This document shows, piece after piece, positions 1 to 6,541 of a DNA stretch of 23,221 nt. Origin of the DNA: Pseudobdellovibrionaceae bacterium. Its GTDB lineage: Bacteria > Bdellovibrionota > Bdellovibrionia > Bdellovibrionales > Bdellovibrionaceae. Position numbers and translations under genes: made by a program. Every line of letters starts with the position of its first letter. Position 1 is the first letter of the stretch. The stretch is taken from assembly GCA_041288045.1 (NCBI GenBank), contig JBGGMM010000105.1, positions 1 to 23,221 on the forward strand. Direction: 5' to 3'. Under the pieces are notes generated by a model. It saw only the letters and a program-made list of their open reading frames with translations, was not told where the DNA came from and made no database searches.

Positions 1-2
1 AT

Positions 3-1343
3 TCTTACAGTACTGACCAAGATCGAGCTTTTAGTATTCAACGATACAATTCAGGTGGAAAAGAAGCATGTGAACGGCGCAATTTCAAAGAGGGTCTCTT
101 GCAAGCCGGCGATCGAGTTGAAATCATGACGGACAAAAACGGCAATCCTCAAACTGCCATCAACCCGAAAACTAAAGACGAAACTTTCACAGTTAGAATT
201 CGTGACGAAGATATCTCAGTAAAATACTACCGAGTTCGAAGTGAAAAAGGAGTTGAAGGCTGGATTTCTAGCTCTCAGCTCACTTTGCCAAAGGACGTGA
301 GCCCTCTCAATAAAGAAAAAGTAAAGCCTCTCGTCAGCGATGAAGACTGCCCACCTCTAAAATCTCCTTCTGCAGAAGAGAGCCTGAAAGGTAAATCTTT
401 TCCTGAAAAAATTCTTGAAAAAGCCAGCATTGACAATCCAATCAGGAAATCCAAATCCGAAACTGAAATGGATCGTTACATGTGCATTCACAGGCACGGA
501 AAAATGGATTTCAATAGTTTCAAAAGCCAACTTAATAGTTTCAAGCATGCAGCGAAAGAAGCTGAAAATGCATTTGGAATTCCCTATGCAATGGTGATGT
601 GCACGATGCTGACCGAAACTCGGATGTACTTCATTCCTGGTGAGGGAAAAAACCGAAGTGACCGATACCTTGGATTGACTCAATTTGGGCCTGAATTGGT
701 TTCAGATTTGAAAGATGCCATTCGCAGACAACCTTACAAAAAAATGTGGGAAGAGTACCAATCTCGAAATCCAAATGTGCAATTCACTGATCGTGCAATC
801 CGACTTGAATCCGATCCCCATGCACCGCTGGCAGCGACTGCTCTTGCTTTGCGATGGATTTATGAAGAGAGAATGCGGGACAACAATGTGAATTGCGTCG
901 GATGCACTCGAAACAGAGAGTTCAATCGCAAAGACCTTTACATGATGGTCACTGGTTACAACTACACTCCATTTGGACTTCACAAAGTCGGTCACAAAAC
1001 TCCGGGCCAAATGCTCACAGGTTTTCCGCCTCCGGAAGAAACCAGAGATTATATGCAATACATGGAAAGTTGCATGGAACAGGGCTTTGAAAAAAACTTC
1101 CGTGAAACTCCCGAGCAAATGGAACCAGTTAATGCGGGGCGAAGAAAAATCTTGGCCAAAAAAGAGGCTCAACTTCAGCAACTCCTCAGAATTCCAGCTT
1201 CCAATGGGAAAAAACCCAATCAGGAACGAGTGGATCAGCTCCAATTGGAAGTGTCTAATTTAAAAAGAGCAATCCAGCTCAGTCTGAGTCCCAATTATGT
1301 AAGGAACATCGCACAGTGCGACCAAGCCTTCCCTGTGAAATAA
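3..1343 (+). CDS. Soluble lytic transglycosylase (SLT/lysozyme-like) protein with N-terminal SH3b-like domain; 5' partial
   Basis: The frame is open from position 3 (SYSTDQDRAF...), so the true start lies upstream of the window. SH3b-like segment YYRVRSEKGVEGWISSSQL. SLT-like motifs: GIPYAMVMCTMLTET (catalytic Glu, E-T in place of E-S), LGLTQF (GLMQ-like), TGYNY (AYN-like) and ETRDYM. Confidence 0.7.
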   Translation, partial: SYSTDQDRAFSIQRYNSGGKEACERRNFKEGLLQAGDRVEIMTDKNGNPQTAINPKTKDETFTVRIRDEDISVKYYRVRSEKGVEGWISSSQLTLPKDVSPLNKEKVKPLVSDEDCPPLKSPSAEESLKGKSFPEKILEKASIDNPIRKSKSETEMDRYMCIHRHGKMDFNSFKSQLNSFKHAAKEAENAFGIPYAMVMCTMLTETRMYFIPGEGKNRSDRYLGLTQFGPELVSDLKDAIRRQPYKKMWEEYQSRNPNVQFTDRAIRLESDPHAPLAATALALRWIYEERMRDNNVNCVGCTRNREFNRKDLYMMVTGYNYTPFGLHKVGHKTPGQMLTGFPPPEETRDYMQYMESCMEQGFEKNFRETPEQMEPVNAGRRKILAKKEAQLQQLLRIPASNGKKPNQERVDQLQLEVSNLKRAIQLSLSPNYVRNIAQCDQAFPVK

Positions 1344-1344
1344 T

Positions 1345-1363
1345 GCTCCCTTCATAAGGGAGC
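1345..1363 (+). promoter_or_regulatory. Hairpin sequestering the Shine-Dalgarno sequence of the thioesterase gene
   Basis: GCTCCCTT-CAT-AAGGGAGC is a perfect 8-bp stem. Its 3' arm contains the SD (AAGGGAG) just upstream of ATG 1368. Confidence 0.55.
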
Positions 1364-1367
1364 TCAC

Positions 1368-1769
1368 ATGGTATCAAAATACCCAGTCCTCATCCGCGAA
1401 TTGCATCTAGACACTTTCGGCCACGTCAACAACGCCACTTATCTCGCACTCTTTGAAGAGGCCAGATGGGATCTAGTCACCAAAAATGGTTACGGCCTCA
1501 AACAAGTTCAACAAAACAAAAAAGGCCCAGTGATTCTCGAAGTGAATTTGAAATTCATGAAAGAGCTCAAGCTCAGAGAAGAAATCACAATCACCACCGA
1601 AATGGTCCATTACAAATCAAAAATCGGCCAGCTCAAGCAACAAATGCTAAAAGCCAACGGCGAAGTCGCCGCAGAAGCGATTTTCACATTCGGACTTTTC
1701 GATTTGATCGAAAGAAAACTCATCGATCCCACACCTGAATGGAAGCGCGGAATTGGAATGGAAATTTAA
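1368..1769 (+). CDS. Acyl-CoA thioesterase, hotdog fold (4HBT/YbgC/FadM family)
   Basis: LDTFGHVNNATYLALFEEARW matches the DxxGHVNNxxY motif; 133 aa; SD present. Confidence 0.9.
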   Translation: MVSKYPVLIRELHLDTFGHVNNATYLALFEEARWDLVTKNGYGLKQVQQNKKGPVILEVNLKFMKELKLREEITITTEMVHYKSKIGQLKQQMLKANGEVAAEAIFTFGLFDLIERKLIDPTPEWKRGIGMEI

Positions 1770-1898
1770 CAAAGAGAGCTTCCTGCGAAAGTCAGTATAT
1801 TGACAATCGTTTGGATGAAGCCACCCGTGGCGTTCAGAAAACGGTGCAGCAATTATCAAGAGGAAGGCAACCAATTTCCTCCCTCCTCAATTTTTAGG

Positions 1899-1965
1899 TT
1901 TTCTGGAAACTCGCCGCAGGCGAGCCCCGAAGGGGTGAGGCCTGGAGGGCCGAATTTCCAGAAAA
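1899..1965. repeat. REP-like multi-hairpin palindromic element (four-way junction)
   Basis: Outer 11-bp inverted repeat TTTTCTGGAAA/TTTCCAGAAAA encloses CTCGCC-GCA-GGCGAG, CCCC-GAA-GGGG and GGCC-TGGAG-GGCC. Confidence 0.6.
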
Positions 1966-2039
1966 GACGGACATGGACGTTCACGATCAAGCGAAGACGC
2001 GGGCTTCGCACACTACTTTGGGAATAGACTTTGCGGCAA

Positions 2040-2099
2040 CCCCATCCACAATGTTGACCCTTGGCATAGCGTACCAACGGACAACATCGTGGATGGAGG
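2040..2099 (-). ncRNA. Long imperfect hairpin, candidate structured RNA element
   Basis: CCATCCAC/GTGGATGG, ATGTTG/CAACAT and TTGG/CCAA stack into one stem. Two A-C mismatches on + become G-U pairs on the - strand. Confidence 0.35.
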
Positions 2100-2157
2100 G
2101 TCTCAAGCACAGCGGTGACGAAGGTAAACGCGAGTGTGTCCATCCATGCGAAGGCTC

Positions 2158-2182
2158 CCAGACGACCATCGTGGTCGTCTGG
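2158..2182. other. Perfect 11-bp hairpin downstream of phnE (mRNA stabiliser, REP-like element or atypical terminator)
   Basis: CCAGACGACCA-TCG-TGGTCGTCTGG, 46 nt after the phnE stop; no clear U-tract. Confidence 0.5.
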
Positions 2183-2228
2183 CAAATATTTAGGACTGTC
2201 TTCTTGTTGATGCTGAATCAGCTCGTAA

Positions 2229-3257
2229 TTACTTCAGAGCTTCACGAATATAAGCCGAAGCTGTGTCCATAAACCAGACCACAAAAGCAATCACTACAAT
2301 GATCGTGCCGACTTCGGCCCACATGGCTTGAGAGGCGTAGGTTTGTAGCAAGTATCCGATACCGCCTCCGCCGACGAAACCGACGATGGTGGCCATGCGG
2401 ATGTTGATGTCCCAGCGGTAAACGGTGAATGAAATAAATGGCAGGATCACTTGCGGAACGATGGCGAACCAAATGGTTTGGATCATATTGGCGCCTGTGG
2501 ATTGAATGCCTTCGATCGGACCTTCGCTCACTGTTTCTACCAACTCTGAGTACTGCTTTGTTAATGAAGCGATTGAATGAATCATCAAAGCGAGCATGCC
2601 GGCAAAAGGACCAATCCCCACCCACACGGTGAAAATGATCGCCCAAACGAAAGCTTCAATGGAGCGAGTAATGTTGAGAATGGTTCGAATGATCAAATAG
2701 ACTGCGAAAGCTGCCGGATGCTTCATGATATTTTTTGCAGCAAAGAAGCAGGCCACAAAGGCAATCGGGATCGCAAGTCCTGTGGCAATGAAAGCCAGAA
2801 ACATCGTCTCAATCATCATCAACACAGCTCGTGGCAGAACATTCCAGTTTGGGTGCACAAGTGCATTGAAAAGCTTCATGGTTGGATAGAAGCTTTCTTC
2901 ATCGATCAGCTTGATGATCGAAGCTTGGGTCACATTGAGGCCCACCACCAAAGTGATCACCACAAATAGCAAAAGCTCCCATCCCCAAGCTGTTTTGTAC
3001 CAAGTTTCATCTTTGGCCAGAGCTTTTTTGTGAGGAGGCTCAAAGACCACCTCACCCAAAGTTTTCATTCCAACTTTGTTCAAGCCAAAGCTCAAAGCCG
3101 CAGCCAAACCCAAAGCCCCGGCAAAAATCACGGTGTTTCGTCCCAGCATCAGCATCTGTTCTTCAGAGGGCGAGGTCATCACCACCAACAAAACACAGAG
3201 CAAGTAGCCAACGATAATGGCATCAAAAAGAGTTCGTTTGGCAATTGACGATTTCAT
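2229..3257 (-). CDS. phnE: Phosphonate/phosphate ABC transporter permease with N-terminal membrane extension
   Basis: Multiple TM segments; PhnE motifs IEGIQSTGAN (EAA-like) and YRWDINIRMATIVGFVGGGGIG; in an operon with phnC and phnD. Confidence 0.88.
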   Translation of the reverse strand: MKSSIAKRTLFDAIIVGYLLCVLLVVMTSPSEEQMLMLGRNTVIFAGALGLAAALSFGLNKVGMKTLGEVVFEPPHKKALAKDETWYKTAWGWELLLFVVITLVVGLNVTQASIIKLIDEESFYPTMKLFNALVHPNWNVLPRAVLMMIETMFLAFIATGLAIPIAFVACFFAAKNIMKHPAAFAVYLIIRTILNITRSIEAFVWAIIFTVWVGIGPFAGMLALMIHSIASLTKQYSELVETVSEGPIEGIQSTGANMIQTIWFAIVPQVILPFISFTVYRWDINIRMATIVGFVGGGGIGYLLQTYASQAMWAEVGTIIVVIAFVVWFMDTASAYIREALK

Positions 3258-3269
3258 CGCTGGTTCCCC

Positions 3270-4049
3270 TTAGTTGATGTGAACTTCTTTGGCGCCTTGA
3301 CCGTAAATCTTTTCAAACCAGGCTTCATCGATGTTCTTGGGATCACCCTCATAGACGATTTGCCCAGATTTCATCGCGATCACCCGAGTGGCGTACTGTC
3401 GAACCAGACTGAGAAAATGAAGATTGGCAATCACTGTAATCCCTAATTCTTGATTCACTTTTTTGAGATAATCCATCACCGTGTGACAAGTCGCCGGGTC
3501 CAAAGAAGCCACAGGCTCATCAGCCAAAAGCACTTGCGGATTCTGAGTGAGCGCACGAGCAATGGCCACGCGCTGTTGCTGACCACCAGAAAGGTTATCC
3601 GCCCGCATTTTCGCTTTCTCAGCGATCCCCACAAGCGAAAGATATCTCATCGCATCGTCTATGTCCTTTTGAGTGAAAATCCCAAAGAGAGATTTAAAAG
3701 TCGCAGTGAAACCCAATCGCCCCATCAGAACGTTCGAAATCACAGTGTGTCTGGGAATCAAATTGAAGTGCTGAAAAATCATCGCCACATGCTTGCGAAG
3801 TCCACGGACCTCAGGCGCCGCCTGAATTTTCGCAATGTCTTTGCCATTGAAAAGAATCTCACCAGAGGTGGGATCGTGCAGGCGATTCAAGCAACGAAGC
3901 AGAGTCGATTTCCCCGACCCGCTCAGTCCGATGATCACCAGGAATTCTCCCTTTTTCACATCGAAGCTGACCCCTTTAAGCGCTTGCGTGCCGTTGGGGT
4001 AAGTTTTAATCAGGTTGCGGATCTGCAGAATATTTTCAGCCACTGTCAT
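3270..4049 (-). CDS. phnC: Phosphonate ABC transporter ATP-binding protein
   Basis: Walker A GLSGSGKST, signature LSGGQQQRV, Walker B LLADEPVASLDP, and PhnC-typical NVLMGRLG. Confidence 0.93.
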   Translation of the reverse strand: MTVAENILQIRNLIKTYPNGTQALKGVSFDVKKGEFLVIIGLSGSGKSTLLRCLNRLHDPTSGEILFNGKDIAKIQAAPEVRGLRKHVAMIFQHFNLIPRHTVISNVLMGRLGFTATFKSLFGIFTQKDIDDAMRYLSLVGIAEKAKMRADNLSGGQQQRVAIARALTQNPQVLLADEPVASLDPATCHTVMDYLKKVNQELGITVIANLHFLSLVRQYATRVIAMKSGQIVYEGDPKNIDEAWFEKIYGQGAKEVHIN

Positions 4050-4067
4050 CGCTCCGATTTTCAGAAA

Positions 4068-4976
4068 TTATTTTTTTACCAAATCTTCCGCTGATTTTCC
4101 GAGAGACTTGAGCATCGCTCGAACAGAATCATAATCGGCATCCGACGAAGTTTTCAAATCCGTGTAGCTGTAGATATTTTTGAAGGCCTGAAGCCCCTCT
4201 GGAGTCTTGATAAATTTCTGGAAAGCTTCAGTGATCGTCTTTTTCATTTCTTCAGGAAGATCTTTTCTGAAAACAATTGGATCGTTGGGAACAGCTTCGG
4301 TGAGCTCGACAATTTTTATTTTCTTTTCCACATCAGGATACTGTGTCTTTACCAGTCGGCGCGCATCTTGAACTTCGCCCTCTGCAGGAGGAGAATAAAA
4401 AGTCGCTCCCCCATCCACTTGGCCCTGATAAATCATCGATACGACCGCATCGTGTTTCATTGCGAAAACTTCTTGAGCTGGCTTGATGCCTTTGTCATTG
4501 AGAACTTTTTTTGGAAGCAAAAATCCTGTGGTGCTTGCAGGATCGACAAAGGCCACTTTTTTACCAGCGAAATCCGCCAGAGTCTTAATCGGTCCACCTT
4601 CTTTGGCAATGAACTGAGCTTTGTAAGTGGAATCGCCATGACGAATGGCTGTCAACCGCGCTTCAGCTCCGTATTTTTCATTGGCAATGATGTAGCCAAA
4701 AGTGTTCAGAGCCGCCACATCCGCGCGCTTAGAACCGAAAGCTTCCACGACAGCAATGAAAGAAGCTGGAATCGCAGTTTCATATTTGTAAGGAGTGTTG
4801 GCTTCAAGCCATGTCTCGATGACTTTCGCATTGGCTTCGATGACCTTTGCATCCACAGAGGGAACAAAATAAAGTTTCACAGGATTTTTTTCAGAACCCA
4901 GCTCGCCTTTATTCACAGTGCAGGCAGAAAGAACCAGGGCCAGAGCCAAGCTCAGAACCAGTTTCAAGGATGTCAT
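4068..4976 (-). CDS. phnD: Phosphate/phosphite/phosphonate ABC transporter substrate-binding lipoprotein
   Basis: Start reassigned to ATG 4976, which has an AAGGAG SD and a lipobox LSAC. Motifs FVDPASTTGF, HDAVV and VPNDPIV are typical of the PhnD family. Confidence 0.88.
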   Translation of the reverse strand: MTSLKLVLSLALALVLSACTVNKGELGSEKNPVKLYFVPSVDAKVIEANAKVIETWLEANTPYKYETAIPASFIAVVEAFGSKRADVAALNTFGYIIANEKYGAEARLTAIRHGDSTYKAQFIAKEGGPIKTLADFAGKKVAFVDPASTTGFLLPKKVLNDKGIKPAQEVFAMKHDAVVSMIYQGQVDGGATFYSPPAEGEVQDARRLVKTQYPDVEKKIKIVELTEAVPNDPIVFRKDLPEEMKKTITEAFQKFIKTPEGLQAFKNIYSYTDLKTSSDADYDSVRAMLKSLGKSAEDLVKK

Positions 4977-5123
4977 GAGAGAATCTCCTTTTAATTTGAT
5001 TGGAACAGGCGAAGGTTTAACAAATTCAGGGAGGTTTTCCAAGACATCTCTTCATCCCCCCAGGCCCCGAAGTCCCCAGAGTCCCTTGCTTTTTCGGGAA
5101 AATTCTGGCTCAATGACCGCACC

Positions 5124-5873
5124 ATGACGCAACCAGGTCAATATCTTCAGAAAATCCTGACAGAAATCTCGAACTTAAGGGCTTCCGGTCAGTCCGTCCT
5201 GGTTGTTTTCGACTTGGACTCAACCCTGTTTGACGTCAGTCCCCGTCTGAAAAAAATTCTCCACGATTTTGCCGAAGTTCCTGAGCATCAGCAAAGATTC
5301 CCTGAATCAGTAGAAATCCTGAAAAAAATAGAAACTTACCGTTCGGACTGGGGGATTAAAAACGCTGTTATCCGAGCTGGCTTGGACAGTCACCACCCCG
5401 ATTTTCACAAATGCCTCAAAGAGTTCTGGATGAAGCATTTCTTTTCCAACGAATACCTTCATTTCGACATCCCTTATGAGGGAGCTGTCGAGTTCGTGTT
5501 GGAACTCTGGAATCTGGGCGCTGACATTGTTTACCTGACCGGCCGCGATGTTCACCGCATGGGCCCGGGATCTCGTGAGATCCTTTTGAAATGGGGATTT
5601 CCTTTGGATGATGAACGAGCCATTTTGGTTCTCAAACCGCAAAAAGGCATGGACGATGCCGAATTCAAAAGCGACTGGTTCGCTGCCGTTCCCACTGAGA
5701 AATACGGAAAGACCTGGTTTTTTGAAAACGAACCAGTGAACGTCAACTTGGTCCGACTTCAGCATCAACACGTCAGTATTGTCTTTTTCGAAAGCACTCA
5801 TTCCGGCCGAGAAGAACCTCCTTCGGATCTTCCCCGAGTCTTGAATTTTCTCATCAACAAGGGTGGCGAATGA
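5124..5873 (+). CDS. HAD-superfamily hydrolase/phosphatase
   Basis: Motif I VVFDLDSTLFD, motif II YLTGR, a conserved K, and motif IV-like FFENEP. Confidence 0.8.
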   Translation: MTQPGQYLQKILTEISNLRASGQSVLVVFDLDSTLFDVSPRLKKILHDFAEVPEHQQRFPESVEILKKIETYRSDWGIKNAVIRAGLDSHHPDFHKCLKEFWMKHFFSNEYLHFDIPYEGAVEFVLELWNLGADIVYLTGRDVHRMGPGSREILLKWGFPLDDERAILVLKPQKGMDDAEFKSDWFAAVPTEKYGKTWFFENEPVNVNLVRLQHQHVSIVFFESTHSGREEPPSDLPRVLNFLINKGGE

Positions 5874-6541
5874 GTCTCACATTGATTGCCACTCCCATCG
5901 GCCACGACCAGGACATTTCACTGCGAGCTTTGGAGACATTGAAAAATTCCAAAACGATCATTTTGGAAGAATTCAAAGAATCCACTCGCTTTTTGCGAGC
6001 CCATGGCATTTCAGGAAAAATCTACGAGCAACTCAATGAACATTCAAAGCCCGAAGATCTCAAGCGACTCACTGAACTCTGTGTGAACGAAGATGTCGTT
6101 CTCATCACTGACTGTGGGACCCCTGGCTTCTGCGATCCGGGGGCGGACCTAGTCCGAGAATGTCGAAAACGCGGAATTTCAGTTGTCACCTTTCCTGGAG
6201 CTTCCAGCTTGATGGGGATTTTGTCCCTCTCCAGTCAGCGATTGGATCAATTTGTTTTTCGCGGTTTTCTGCCTGCGGAAACCGAAGCTCGCCAAAATGC
6301 TTGGCAGGAAATGCAAAAAGAGAAGCGGGCCTTTGTCTTGATGGACACTCCCTACCGCTTTCAAAAAATGCTCAAAGAAGCCCTCGAGTTTCTTCCCCAA
6401 AGAAAGCTTTTACTGACTGTGAATCTGACTCAGGAAACTGAAATGATTTTTGAAGGCACTGCTGCTGAAATTTTGAAAAAAGAGCTCCCAGCCAAAGCAG
6501 AATTTATGCTTTTGGTTTATCCAAGCAATACAAAATCATGA
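5870..6541 (+). CDS. rsmI: 16S rRNA (cytidine1402-2'-O)-methyltransferase RsmI-like (tetrapyrrole methylase fold)
   Basis: LIATPIG..DISLRALETL, LNEH, TDCGTPGFCDPG, PGASS, FRGFLP; ATGA overlap with the upstream gene. Confidence 0.82.
   Translation: MSLTLIATPIGHDQDISLRALETLKNSKTIILEEFKESTRFLRAHGISGKIYEQLNEHSKPEDLKRLTELCVNEDVVLITDCGTPGFCDPGADLVRECRKRGISVVTFPGASSLMGILSLSSQRLDQFVFRGFLPAETEARQNAWQEMQKEKRAFVLMDTPYRFQKMLKEALEFLPQRKLLLTVNLTQETEMIFEGTAAEILKKELPAKAEFMLLVYPSNTKS

Noticed and set aside
1800..1830. TTGACA as a sigma70 -35 element (also at 22971 and 23071)
   Set aside because: No convincing -10 hexamer lies at 16-18 nt spacing.
1899..1965. tRNA (cloverleaf-like fold)
   Set aside because: The loops are only 3-5 nt, with no anticodon loop, no TTC T-loop and no CCA end.
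1800..2272. Short ORFs (60-109 aa) in the structured intergenic region
   Set aside because: They run through palindromes on both strands, lack convincing SDs or motifs, and are better explained as non-coding structure.
3450..4994. 214-aa and 208-aa + strand ORFs
   Set aside because: They are antisense shadows of phnC and phnD with no family features.
4977..5042. Longer phnD start given in the ORF track
   Set aside because: ATG 4976 has an AAGGAG SD and directly begins a lipoprotein signal peptide.
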